A DNA stretch of 63,951 nucleotides, filler included, from Reclinomonas americana ATCC 50394 (GCA_048213135.1; 43 parts of 43 records of this genome joined end to end with filler, not necessarily neighbours in it), one strand, 5' to 3'; positions 47,668 to 60,634 are shown, counted from the first letter of the whole stretch. Notes: generated by a model from the sequence alone, not told the origin. Program-made: numbers and translations.

Positions 47668-48009
47668 CTGCACGATACAAGACACGGGNNNNNNNNNNNN
47701 NNNNNNNNNNNNNNNNNNNNNNNNNNNNNNNNTTAATTAATTAANNNNNNNNNNNNNNNNNNNNNNNNNNNNNNNNNNNNNNNNNNNNCTCCCTCTCTCG
47801 CTTACTCTCTCTCTCTCGTTGCTCCCCCTCTCGCTGCTCCCCCTCTCGCTGCTCCCCCTCGCTGCTCTCGCTGCTCCCCCTCTGACCTCCTTCCATTTGT
47901 CTCACTTCCCTCACCCCTCTCTTCTCCTTACTGCTCCCCCTCTGACCTCCTTCCATTTTTCTCCCATCCCTCACCCCTTTCCTCACCTCTCCTTCTCTCT
48001 CCGCTACAG

Positions 48010-48944
48010 GCCGCACCCCACTCTACTGGGCCGTGTACGATCAAGATATGATCATGGTCAACATGCTCATTTCACAACGAGTTACATCCACCTCCTTCCC
48101 TCCCCTTGCCCCTCATCAGCCTTTTCACTCACATCCGTCGCAGATCGTCCTCAACTCCCGCGACAAGAACAACCACACACCACTGTATTGGGCCATTGAG
48201 AAGCAGAATCTGGCGATCACCGGTCGCTTGCTGGAGGCCGGCTGCTCCGCCAACTGGAGTGATTTGCAAGGCCGTTCGCCCCTGCACTGGGCCGCCGCAT
48301 TCGGTCATGTTGCGTGCCTTGAGCGCACCTGCACATTCCTTCCTTTTACCTCATTCTTCTCCTTGACAGCCGGACATGTGTCGCCTCCTCCTCGGCCAGC
48401 ACGGTGACGTGAACGCCACCGACAACGAAGGCAGTACGCCACTGCACTTTGCCTGCTTGAAAGGACACACGGAAGTGGTGCGAGTGCTGCTGCAAGCTGG
48501 TGCCATGTCGGAAAGACGTGACGCTCAAGGCCGCTCACCATTCCTCAACGCCTGCTACGGCGGTCACATTCGAATCGTCGAGCTGCTGTTGCACACTGAT
48601 GCGCAGGTTTCGTCGTCGATTTAACGGCTCATTTCCTTGTTGCGGTGCCTTGTTCATTCCTGCTTCTGCGCAGCCGCATGCACAAGACAATGCTGGCCGC
48701 ACTGGTCTCTGCTGGGCCGCTGTGGGAGGCCATTTGACGCTCGCCAAGAATCTACTCACCATCGGCGCCAACATTGAGCATCGAGACAATGACGGTGCTG
48801 TGCTTCTGTTACCAGCTCGTTCTTCATACTTGGTTCTAATGTGGTGTTTGCGCAGGACGTTCGCCGCTCTATTACGCCATTCTGAGTGGTAACATTGAAT
48901 GCGTGCGCCTGTTTGTGGAAAAGCACGCGGAAATCAACATGGAG
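48010..48944 (+). CDS. Ankyrin-repeat protein, spliced, internal
   Basis: TPLYWA, GRSPLHWAAAFGH|PDMCRLLL, GSTPLHFACLKGHTEVVRVLLQAGA. Confidence 0.95.
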
Positions 48945-48965
48945 GTTTGACAGACAATCAGACCG

Positions 48966-49053
<88 letters not shown>

Positions 49054-49267
49054 CGACGACGACGACGACGACAAGTAGTAGTAGGTAGGTAGGAGGAACG
49101 GTACGTAGGTTGGTTGGTTGGTTGGTTGGTTTGGTTTGGTTGGTTGGTTGGTAGGTACGTACAACGTNNNNNNNNNNNNNNNNNNNNNNNNNNNNNNNNN
49201 NNNNNNNNNNNTTAATTAATTAANNNNNNNNNNNNNNNNNNNNNNNNNNNNNNNNNNNNNNNNNNNN

Positions 49268-49384
<117 letters not shown>

Positions 49385-49732
49385 GAGAGAGAAGCCATCA
49401 CAATGAAGGGCAATACGCACCACATATCACTCTTCACACAGTGCTCCTCAGTTGCCATTCTGTGTTTATGTCTCTTCTCCTCTCTTCTCTCTCTCTCGCA
49501 CACACGGAGGCTGTCACAGTGAACCATAATACACACAAGCAGCCACACAAAAAGGTCTCACTCTCATCTCTCGCAGCTTCTCCATTCGTAAGCTGCTCGC
49601 CTCCTGTATCTTTCTTGCTCTGCCCTCCTCACCCTCCTCACCCTCACCCCTTTTTTTGTTGTACTGGCTCATCAACTCTCTCCCTCCCTTCCCTCTCGCT
49701 CACCTTTCCTTTCCTCCTCCTCCCCTCGACAG

Positions 49733-50234
49733 GCCCCCACCCTTAGCAAAACAGCAGAGGAGATCCAAGCGGACCACTTCCGACACAAGCAGGAGCAGAA
49801 GGAGGTCGAGTTTCAGCGCGAGTTTGATCGCGCCAAGAAGGAACGCGAGGTGCGTTGTCCCCTCTGCACTCCTCCTTCTCCACTATTCCCTCGTCTCACG
49901 ACTCTTGCACAGCGACGAATTCACGACGTGCTGCGAAGGAGAGACGAGGAGGGCGAGCGACTGCTGGAGACCCTCAAGTTTGAGCAGGAGTCGTTCGTGC
50001 AGCAGGTGGAGCAATTCGTGCAACTCGACGAGCACAGTCGGCAGGTCAAGCGGGAGCAGCTGTATGCCGAGTGGTCGGAGAAGGGTGTGTGCTGTGGGTG
50101 AAGGAGTGGGCCGAGAGGAGTTGGTGGTGGAGTGCTCACCGCTCGGCGTGCACACGCGCAGTGTTCAATCCGATTCAGGAGAGCATTCAGGGGGCGCTGG
50201 AGAAGGTGTCGGCCAAGACCATTGAACGACGCAG
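49733..50234 (+). CDS. FAM228-like coiled-coil protein, internal exons
   Basis: EQESFVQQVEQFVQLDEHSRQVKREQLYAEWSEK|VFNPIQESI resembles FAM228 (RKExLHKxWxExVxxPLQxxI). Confidence 0.62.
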
Positions 50235-50783
50235 GTGCGTGTGTTTGCGAGTGGGTGTCTCGCTCGCTATCTCTATGTGTGTCTGCGGCCTCTGTCTGTA
50301 TCCCTCTGCTTCTTTCCCTGTGTATTTACGCATGTGCTTCTATTGCTAGTGGCTGTACTCATTTTCTCTGTGTCGCTCTCCGTGTGTGCACCTGCTTGCA
50401 TCTCTCTGTGCGTTTGTGGGCCTGAGTAACCGTTGTACGTATTCCTCGCCTCTCTCGGCGTCTTGTGTTGCTGCGTACTTCGTGTGCTCGTCTGTTGTTA
50501 TCTCTTCTCTCCGTGTGTGCTTGTATGTGGTTCTATTGGCGTGCCTGCGCAACTGTTTTGTCGCCGCCTCAGTCGTTATCTTCTTGTGCGCCTGAGAAAT
50601 CGTTGTACGTGTTCCTCGCCCCTTTCCTCTCTCTCTCTCTCTCTCCTNNNNNNNNNNNNNNNNNNNNNNNNNNNNNNNNNNNNNNNNNNNNTTAATTAAT
50701 TAANNNNNNNNNNNNNNNNNNNNNNNNNNNNNNNNNNNNNNNNNNNNAACATCCTCCGCCACACCCTGCTGCCTTTCCTCGGC

Positions 50784-51434
50784 ATGGACATTGGCAAGCG
50801 CGGTCTCTGGCGCGTCTCCACCTCTTTCTGTCGCCTGTGGGAGTCAAGCTCGATTCCCTCACCGGTCGCGTGCGCCGATTGTGGCCAGCAAGCGGGCAAA
50901 TCGCTGGGCGACTTGGTGGAGGGCGCATCGACTGGTTGCCCCGGTCACTCGCGATCACCTGACGGAACCGGAGGACACCCGTGCTGCAACCTGCGCGTGT
51001 GTCGCCAGTGCAGAGAGCAGCGCCCGCAGAGCGACGGTGAACTTGCTGGTCGTCTGCTGGCCAGCGGGGAGCTGAAGGAGTGCTCTCTGTGTCATGAGCG
51101 TCGCTGCTGCGCCAAGCATTGCGAGGTGAGCTGGACCGAGTGTGCCGGCTGTGAGGAGTGGCGCTGCGACGACATGTGCACGGAGGGGATGGCGGAGTGT
51201 CAAGTGTGCGGCAATCGATACTGTGATGAGGACTGCGCGCAAGGCAGCATCGTTGGTCAGTGCCACAGGTGCGGGCGATTCGCGTGCGAGGATTGCTGCA
51301 CAGAGCTGAAGCGCTGGAAGCTGGAGTGTGCGATATGCGGGGGGTGGAGCCGGCGCCGGTCCGCGTACGACGAGGAGGAGGATGGGGAAGAGGATGAGGA
51401 GGAAGAAGAGGAAGAAGAGGAGGATGAGTACTGA
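50784..51434 (+). CDS. Cysteine-rich multi-CxxC protein with acidic tail
   Basis: Repeated CxxC/CxxHC pairs, then EEEDGEEDEEEEEEEEEDEY*. Confidence 0.65.
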   Translation: MDIGKRGLWRVSTSFCRLWESSSIPSPVACADCGQQAGKSLGDLVEGASTGCPGHSRSPDGTGGHPCCNLRVCRQCREQRPQSDGELAGRLLASGELKECSLCHERRCCAKHCEVSWTECAGCEEWRCDDMCTEGMAECQVCGNRYCDEDCAQGSIVGQCHRCGRFACEDCCTELKRWKLECAICGGWSRRRSAYDEEEDGEEDEEEEEEEEEDEY

Positions 51435-52232
51435 GGTCTGGCCAGCGTAAACAGAGTGGCCATGGTGTGTTGCGTGTTATGAGCAGCGCAGCGTTGTTGC
51501 TTGTTTGTTCGCTGGTGAGTGAAGGAAGGTACGAGTTGAGTTGCAAAACTCGAGAAACCAACCCACACCGCTTGAAACGCACGATGTCGCGTGCGGTGCT
51601 CAGCAAGTGGATCAGACGATCAGCTGGTGCATATCCATGAAGCGCTCACATCGTCCTCTGACCTCATATCCATGTTCTGCATCGTGTCGCCACACGCACA
51701 GGCAGTGGAGGTGAGCGACACGGAAAAATGTGTGCTTGTTAGTGTGGGGAGGAATGTGAAAAAGTGTACCCACGTGTCGTTAATAACGTTGCACGCTCGC
51801 TGCGCTGCGCGATGCTTTCCACCGCAGAGAAAGACGCCAAACAAATCCACAGCTGTACACTTCCGATCTCATGTCGAAGGGAACGACCTGAGTATGGTCT
51901 CCTCTGTCACCCTGCCGGCCTTGAACGACATCTCCACCGTATTCATCAGCAGGTGTTCCATCAGCATCAGGAACTCCTCGTACTGCACACACACTCGGGT
52001 AAGAAGAAGAAGAAGAAACAAGAAAATGAACACACAGCATCGACAACGCAACGTCCACACGCGTGTCGCGATCCTTGTCCACCGCTGCCAGAGTACACGC
52101 AAAAAGCGATCAGACACGATGCATGTGTGNNNNNNNNNNNNNNNNNNNNNNNNNNNNNNNNNNNNNNNNNNNNTTAATTAATTAANNNNNNNNNNNNNNN
52201 NNNNNNNNNNNNNNNNNNNNNNNNNNNNNCGT

Positions 52233-52263
<31 letters not shown>

Positions 52264-52335
52264 GCATTGGCAAACACGACACAAAAGATTCGCATCAAAA
52301 CTCTCCTTCCGCTACTTTTCCCCACGTCCACTCAC

Positions 52336-53610
52336 CTGCAGCAGCGTGGTGATGTATGCCGAGAAGATCTCGGTCACCTGCGGCTCAAAGTGCACCAGCA
52401 GGCCCTGCACGAACTCGAACGCATTGCGACGGCGAGTGTCGGCATCGCTGCCCTCCAAGTCCTTGCGAATGTACTCCACAGGACTGTCCTCGAACAGCTC
52501 AATGTCGTCATCCTGCGCGGCGAGCATTTGAGGCAACTGAAGACACAAAGGGGATGAACGCGTGCATTCACTGCACACCTGCAGGCGGAGGTTGGGAATG
52601 ACCACCAGTTCGCAGATACTTCTCAGCGTGTCAGCATCCGCGAAGAGCGTGTGGTGGATGCTCTTGGCCACCGTGTTGAGGAAGCGAACCGAGAGTGCCA
52701 CCAACTGCACATGAAGCGGCGTGAAGAGTGAGCAGTCAATAACAGTCGTGAGCTCCTCCCCCACGACAAACCTTATTGTACTTGGACTGCATGCCGGCAG
52801 ACGAGAGCAGGCCCCACACGTCGCCGACAAACTCAGGGAGTGCCTCCTCAAAGTCCTCTGCGTACTTGTCGTACAGCAGGTTGATGTTGTCGAGCACGGA
52901 GCACTTGACCTCTTCCACCAGGCCGGGCACGTCGTCGTCCTGCAAAGAACGAGGAGAGGATAAGGAGGAGGCTGAAGAAGAAAAAGAAGAATGAGAGAGC
53001 AGTGGACTGTCGTACCTGTGTGTCCATCAGCGGGTTGGCGTACTTCAAGAACTTGAGGAACTCGGCGAGGTACTCCTTGATGTGCTCCTCGAAACACAGG
53101 TCCTGGTGGGTGGACAGGGCTGAGAATAAGGGGTGCGGGTTGTGGTGAGAGCAGTGGAGAGGCTCGTCACGCACCTGCCAGTTCAGCGAGAACCAAATGC
53201 GCATGAGCAGTCGATAGCAGCGCAGGAGAATGTCGAGAGCGGCCGGGTTCTGTGCCTGCTCATCGATAAACTTGGAGACACCCTGCATACAAGAGGTGAG
53301 TCGACGGAGTGTGCAACAGTCCACCTTTTGAGAATCGCGCACACACCTGGACCATCATCAGCATCGGCTCCTGCCACTGATCTACAATCCACTTGAGATC
53401 CGTGTGCAGCTCCTCGCTCTCGAAGGCATGGCGGAATCTGCGGCGCGCACGAGGTCAGTTCCAACGGGTCCACTGCGGGGAAACAGAGGCGACACTCACC
53501 GCTTGAACACTGCGTTCGCCGTGACGAGCACGCCCCAAATGACGTGGAAGTCCTGCGAGTCGCACTTGGAGAGCAGTTCCTGCACCGAGCGGAGAGTTGG
53601 TGACACACAA
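52336..53610 (-). CDS. CSE1: Exportin-2 (Cse1/CAS), internal exons
   Basis: RIWFSLNWQDL.FEEH; NINLLYDKYAEDF; ICELVVIPNLRL|DDDIELFEDSPVEYIRKDLEGSDADTRRR. Confidence 0.95.
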
Positions 53611-55194
53611 NNNNNNNNNNNNNNNNNNNNNNNNNNNNNNNNNNNNNNNNNNNNTTAATTAATTAANNNNNNNNNNNNNNNNNNNNNNNNNNNNNNNNNN
53701 NNNNNNNNNNGTATCCACAAATAAAAGTCAATCACAGTGCGCCGTACCTTAGCAATCCAGTTCTCTTTCTCTCAGATCCACCACTGCCGAGACAGACATC
53801 ATACACCATCAATGTTGAAGGCGCACATTTGTTGAGCACCGTGACGACTGATGATACAGAACACCTCCTCAGCGTCCGCACCACTCACAAAACAAGAGAA
53901 CAACTCACGAATACACCGCCATGTGGAGACCTGCATTCACCCACAGAGAATCACAACTGCCAACCGTCAGCCACGAGTCACAGCCCATGTCGCCAGACAC
54001 TGCATCACAGCTCCACTCGACACAATTAACAGAGGCAAGCTTGCCAGCGGGTGAGCGGATCGACGTGAGTGGCAGTGAGCGACACCGTGACTTGCGAGAG
54101 CTTGACACAAGTCCATCAACACACACAGCCGCCAAGACATGCAAAGCGAGGCCATCGCTGGCAAACAGAACGAGGGTGCGGAGAGCGTCAACAGCTGCAG
54201 AAGCACGGCACCGGCAGCGGGCGTGAGAACTGCAACAACGAGTGCGTCTACGAGTCGAACACAGGAGCCGCAGTTCACGGACAGCGGACTCGTGCAGATG
54301 AGAAGAAGAATGACCGTCACACAGTGAACGCACAGCCAGGAGGACGCAGAAAGTCACAATCGCACTCCAACTCTGCATGGGCCCTTCAGTGTCACTGTGG
54401 GCGTGAGAGAGAGAGAGAGTGAGTGAGTGAGTGAGAGAGAGAGAGAGAGAGAGATTGAGAGAGACACACACAGACAGAGAGAGGACCTCGGCGTGTCGCG
54501 CAGAAGAGGACGTACGGGAAGAGCACCCAAACACACACGCACCATCTCAGAAGGGACACCAACGCGCAAGTTACCACACTATGCGACTTAGCGCTTGAAA
54601 TCTGTGCAGACGCACACATGCTGGTGGGAGCACACACAACAACAACACTTTTCACACTCATCAACCACAAAAACTCCTCGAGCTCACAGCATTGATCAAC
54701 ACGGGCACACTGCCAGACACGCGCGCGCATCAAACGACACGTTGAGGGACAACTGTGGTGTGTGTCTCACTCGTGAAGCACCACGCACAGCAACGCACGC
54801 AGTCTTGCTTTGCACACGTGAGTGCTCCTTGTCATCGGAGGTGCCCACGAAACAAAGACGAATATTCGGAGAACCTTCACAGGCCAGGCTCCGATCTGCG
54901 AATTGGCTTGCTTGTTAGTTTGTTGTGATTGTGCGAGAAGAGAGATGCTGCCGACGGTGTTCATCAGTCACTTGGCACCAGTGTTGCTCATGTTGGAGGG
55001 ACATGCGGCGTTGGAGACGTGGCGCAATCTGTGGGCCTCTGTGCAGCGAGTGGTTGAGGAGCGAGGAGGTCAGTGGGAGAGAGAGAGAGNNNNNNNNNNN
55101 NNNNNNNNNNNNNNNNNNNNNNNNNNNNNNNNNTTAATTAATTAANNNNNNNNNNNNNNNNNNNNNNNNNNNNNNNNNNNNNNNNNNNNTTCGA

Positions 55195-56567
55195 TCACTG
55201 CGGCGCTGTCGACTGCTTGCCAGACACATCCTTCAGCAGCGGCATTACGAGCACAACGTACTCGTAGAAGTGGTCCACACTGCCACCGTTGTTGCCGGTG
55301 TCGAAGGCACAGCTCTGCTGGAACTCGACATTGCTGTAGCCGATCGTGAGGTACGAGTCGTCGATGCACGTCACGACCAAGTCCACGTCTAAGCCAGACG
55401 AAACGGTGTCATAGACACCGTCGTCGTCCTCGTCGTCCTCTTCGTCGAACTCATCACGCGCGGCACGCAGGCCAGCCTGCACTATGTAGTGCTGCTGTGC
55501 CTGCGGCAAGTGCGAGACGAATTCCTCAAGCATATACTGCCGCTCGAGATTGCTTTGCGGGCCGCCGCAGTACGCGGCGGCAGTTAGCGCTTGCAGAGGA
55601 AGCGTCACTTTGCGACAAATGCGCACATCGCCAGCTCGCGCAGTGGTGCTCGATCGCGAGCTCTGCAGCTGCAGCGTCTGCATCGCCAAGAACATCAGGC
55701 CGTCGTTGCCCTTGAGCTGCTCCGGTGCAGGCAACGGCCCGCCTGCCTGGCCACCAATGCCGTACAAGTGCTGGCAGTAATATACCAGCCACTCCCGGCC
55801 ATGGCCCTCGAACTCGAGCTCGTGACACAACTGCCGCAGCAGTTCCACCAAGCCGGCGGACTGAGACGTCGACGTCTCCACCGCGGCACGTTGCACGGCG
55901 CTGGCGGCCGCACTGCTGCCAACGTTTGCAGACGTCCCTGATCCGGATCCGGCCGTGTATTCGGCTTCAAATACCGCGGCTTTACCATCGATATCCATAT
56001 CGGCCGACGCCGATCGCGCGCGCGTGCGCGACGACACGTGCTGTGAGGAGGGCACGCTCGCCGCCACCGTCGCCGCCACCGCCGACGCCGGCGTCTCCTC
56101 CTTGTTCTTCCGGGAGGGCCGCCTGTCGTACAGCCGATAGGTGAGAGTGAGGCGGCGTCCACTCGTCACCGACGCAATTTCGTGCTCGGTGTCGCCATAG
56201 AATGCCGTCCACTGTACCAGCCCGGCAGTGGTCGACTGTGGCGCCCAGTCGACCACCATGGTGCCAGTGGCCGCACGCAGCCGCAACTCACCGCCGGTGA
56301 AGGCCGACGGCAGGCACACCACCAGCGATCCAAACATGTCTTCCGAGTCCGGTGTGTCGCGATGGGCGCTGAAAAAGTCGCCTTCGCCATACACGTTCAG
56401 GCGATACAGCTCGGCCGAGATGGTGTAGGGGGCCGCCTGTGGGCGCAGCAAGGTTGCCACCGTGTTCATCATCTGCTGCGGCGGCTGACTGGCGAGGTTG
56501 AAGTTGGTGATGAATTCGGTGTTGGCGTCCATTGCCCCGGCGCGGCGCACGGTGGGGTCGAACACCG
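55195..56567 (-). CDS. 2OG-Fe(II) oxygenase superfamily protein, 3' part, intronless
   Basis: LYRLNVYGEGDFFSAHRDT (HxD), FGSLVVCLPSAFTGGEL, AFYGDTEHEI (His), GRRLTLTY (Arg). Confidence 0.9.
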
Positions 56568-56667
56568 NNNNNNNNNNNNNNNNNNNNNNNNNNNNNNNNN
56601 NNNNNNNNNNNTTAATTAATTAANNNNNNNNNNNNNNNNNNNNNNNNNNNNNNNNNNNNNNNNNNNN

Positions 56668-57655
56668 TCGCCGTCAACGGGATGGCGTTGTTGGCGCCGG
56701 CCAGATTCGTCTCCACGTTCGTGTACGTCAGGCCGGTCGGGGCCTCGTTGACTGTGCGTCAACAACCCGTAAGTCCTTCTCAACCGGGATGCACACGTTC
56801 ATCACCCACGCGCAGCGTGCGTGCACGCAACTCTCGGTCAGCGTGAACGTCTGATCAAAGAACAACAAAGAGTAGCTGGAGTCGGCGGCGCGAATCGTCA
56901 CCGACACGTTGCCGCTGATGCTGGCGGCCGAGCCGCGCACCAAAAAGTAGGTGCTACCGACCTTGGAGACGGTGAATGCGTTGGCCACGGACTGCGAGTT
57001 TACCGTCGGTACGTTGATTTTGAGGGCGGCGGACGAGTCGGGATCTGCGGCGGTGGGGTGGAGTAAGGGAGAGAGGGACGAAGAGAAGAGAGAAGGGAGG
57101 GGGAGAAGAAAGGGGGAGAAGGGAGGGAGTAAACACGCACACATATACACACATGCGCCGCACCAGTGATGGTGATGGTGGCCACGGATGCACCCGAAGC
57201 CGATGTGCGGCTGTAGGTGGTGGTGGAGAGCGTGATTGCCGAGGGTGGATTATTCAGCAAGATCGTTGTCGTGAGAGTAGAGCTCGTCAGCGCCGGTGTG
57301 CTGCGGAAGTGCGAGAGGTAAGCCGTGCGATACATGCACACGTGCCGGCAACACTCGACGAGAGACGCAACCCGCTGTCTTGTGCATAGGTCTTGACAAC
57401 GAGGCTGCCCACGACAGGCCCAAGCAGCGTGTCGGAGGGGTACAGTCCGGTGCCGCTGATGGCAAAGAGGAAATTGTTGCCTTGCCCATCGGCCAGCACG
57501 TATGTAATCGTCTGCGTCGTATTCGCGTCGGTGGCCGAGTAGGTGCCAAGGAGAGTCGAGCTGGGGACGCCGCCGGTCACCAACGGCAGGAACCCGCTGT
57601 CCTTCAGTGGCTGGAACACGGCCGTGAATGCCAGGCCGGTGGGCGCGATATTATC
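56668..57655 (-). CDS. Cadherin-like repeat surface protein, spliced, internal
   Basis: DNIAPT...LGTYSATDAN..TITYVL..NNFLFAISG; NNPPSAI; DPD; VTIRAADS; INEAPT linkers. Confidence 0.75.
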
Positions 57656-57834
57656 TGCAGCGGCAAGGGAAAAAATCAGCACAGCACAACTGTGCCGCTC
57701 TCGCTCTCTCGCTTCTCCAAGGATGCTGTGAAGACAGCTTGCAAGAGGGTACGCTCTTTCTGATCCTGCCTTTCTTCGTCATCTTGATGGAAATGTCAAA
57801 CTTCCGAGTGTGCAAGTGCCCCGACTCCCACCGT

Positions 57835-57868
<34 letters not shown>

Positions 57869-57995
57869 AAGGCACACGCTGTCAAACTGCAGGAGACAGT
57901 GAGGTTCTGCTTGTATGCAAGTGCGCTCCTCCTGATCCTCCCTCACTTCGTCACGTTTTAACCTTCCGAGTGCAAGTGCCCCGAATCCCACTGTG

Positions 57996-58045
<50 letters not shown>

Positions 58046-58197
58046 NNNNNNNNNNNNNNNNNNNNNNNNNNNNNNNNNNNNNNNNNNNNTTAATTAATTA
58101 ANNNNNNNNNNNNNNNNNNNNNNNNNNNNNNNNNNNNNNNNNNNNCCTCCTCTCCCTTCTCCTTCACCCACCTCTCCTTGTGGGAATTCCTCCGCAG

Positions 58198-59252
58198 CCC
58201 CTGGTCACTGGGTCGAGCTCCGAGGCCTCGGTGGACGAGGAGAAGCGGTTGCATGCACTCGACGATGAGAACCACGAGGTGATTGTGGCTATGTGTGTGG
58301 AGTTGGCGCGGCAGGCGCGTGAGGAAGCCGAGCGCAAGCTGCGTGAACGACGACGCAAGATGATCAAATGCGACGGGTGTGGCGCGCTGCTCGACGGTCA
58401 GTGTCGGACCGCTCACCTCGAGTTTGGTGATGTGCTGAATGCTTTTTGTGCGTGTGTGTACAGATGGCGATGCATTCCAGATGCACTGCGGCGAGGTTGA
58501 GCACAGCGACGATTTCATGTACACGTGCTCGGAGGTGGAGATTGTGGAGGCTGGCGACGATGCGCCACCCGAGGATCGACTTGACTTGACGTCACCGAAT
58601 GTGTTTCCTTTCTGTTGCGTCCCTCTCTTCTTCATCTTCTTCTGTGTAGATCTGCTGCTCACGAGTGTGTGCGCGACACAGACAACACCTACTCACAGGT
58701 CAGTCGCACAGCAGCGCATTCACGTCGATCCCAGTCCCCTCACATCCCTTTAACTGCAGCCATTTTCGAACTTTTTCGCCTCGCCAGTCACGATCGATGG
58801 ACTCGAGTTCCCCACGGTCGAGCACTTTTGGTGCGTGTGCACTCGCTCTGCACTCTCTTGTATCTTACCACACATCATCACTCCTCCCCTCCGAATGCAG
58901 GCAATGGAGCAAGTACGCCGCCGGCAACGCGGCGATCGCAGAGAGCATCCGCACCGCAAAATCGGTGGACGACGCTCACCAACTCGGCGGCGCGCCCAAC
59001 GAGGGTCTGCGGGAGGACTGGGACGACGTCAAACGCGACATTGCTCTCACGGGTCTGCGCGCCAAGTTCACGCAGCATGCTGAGCTGGCGGCGCAGCTGT
59101 TGGAGACGGGCGACAAGCAGCTCGTGCTCCTCGATACCAATCTCTGGGCGGGTATCAACGCCGGCAGTGGCATTCCCGTCGGCAAGAACACCATTGGTCA
59201 GCTGCTGGAGATTGTGCGCGGTGAACTGCGTGCCGCCGTTGCTGCTCCGTGA
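58198..59252 (+). CDS. OTU1/YOD1-like C-terminal region + C2H2 zinc finger fused to a NADAR (YbiA-like) domain; exons 58198-58396, 58464-58613, 58682-58698, 58760-58830, 58901-59252
   Basis: Spliced frame PLV...CVELARQAREE...IKCDGCGALLDDGDAFQMHCGEVEH (C-x2-C-x12-H-x5-H), then FYNTYSQPFSNFFASPVTIDG..FPTVEHFWQWSKY...REDWDDVK...AKFTQH..L...LLETG...GKNTIGQLL. Confidence 0.82.
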
Positions 59253-59641
59253 GCACGCACACACACATATACACAGAGGCACATGAACAGTGAAATGCTC
59301 GTCATTCCTTCTTTTCTTCACTGGCATACAACAACATCAATCCCGAGTCGTCGTCGTCGTCGTCGTCTATCGAGGCGACTGATGGGATGGCATGCGACCA
59401 CCGAGTGGTGCACCTGGGGCCGACGAGGGCGGCGGAGCCCCGGTAGCTGCCGGACGGAAGGAGCCAAAGCTGCCAAAGCCATCAAGCAGACTGCCACCAC
59501 CAGCGGCAGACGAGGCCGACGTNNNNNNNNNNNNNNNNNNNNNNNNNNNNNNNNNNNNNNNNNNNNTTAATTAATTAANNNNNNNNNNNNNNNNNNNNNN
59601 NNNNNNNNNNNNNNNNNNNNNNTCGTCGTCGTCGTCGTCTC

Positions 59642-59765
<124 letters not shown>

Positions 59766-60634
59766 ATCCCTCCCCCCTCACATTATGCGAAAATCACACT
59801 CACCAGTGGCATTCCTCTCACTCTCCGATCTCTCCACCACAGGCGACTCCTCCACTGCCACTGCATCAGTGCTCATCATCATCATGCGCAGCGGAGCAGT
59901 CAGCATTCCTGCACAAAGTGAGAGAGAGTGCAAGTGTGTGTCAGTGATGTCCATGCACATGCACAACTACACAAAGAGCAACTCGGAGAGTGAGACTGGA
60001 GAAGACGCAACTTGCAGTCAGCGTGGTCGACGAGGCGACAAAGCGGTTCACACGTGCGGCAAGCATTGCTCTTGGGCGAAGTGTGTGTGTGTTGTGTGTG
60101 AGAGAGGGACAATCAGTGAGCACAAGGGACAATGCAACTTTGCGCTGCGAAAGCTTGTGTTGCAGCTGGCGATGTGTGTGAGTGCGGTGTGCACGTGCAT
60201 CCAGCAAGTGTGTTCCTCTTCCCGACGGCGTTCTTGCGAGAAGGACAATTGGGCGGACAGCGCGCGCGCTTTGCACGCTCTTGTATCTGCTGTGCGTGGA
60301 GCAGCTTGCTGTCTGTGCGAAGGACGAGGCGCACGCGAGAATGCAGCTCACACACGCAAAAAGCTGGCCACGTGCGTCATCGGGACAATCACACAGACAT
60401 GCATGCACGTTTTCATCTCTCGCTGCTTGCAGCAGGCGCTGGTGGAACACCACCTGCTGCTGATGATGGATCGTTGGTGATTGCTTCGATGGCTGATGAT
60501 GGATCATGGTCATGACAATGTTCGATTACAATATATTGTTGCTGGTGCAACACAAAACATCAGTGTACAACATGGGCAACGGGTTACAAGTGCGGACCTG
60601 CGCTGCAGCGGCAGCTGAGGTATCGTGCATGTGA

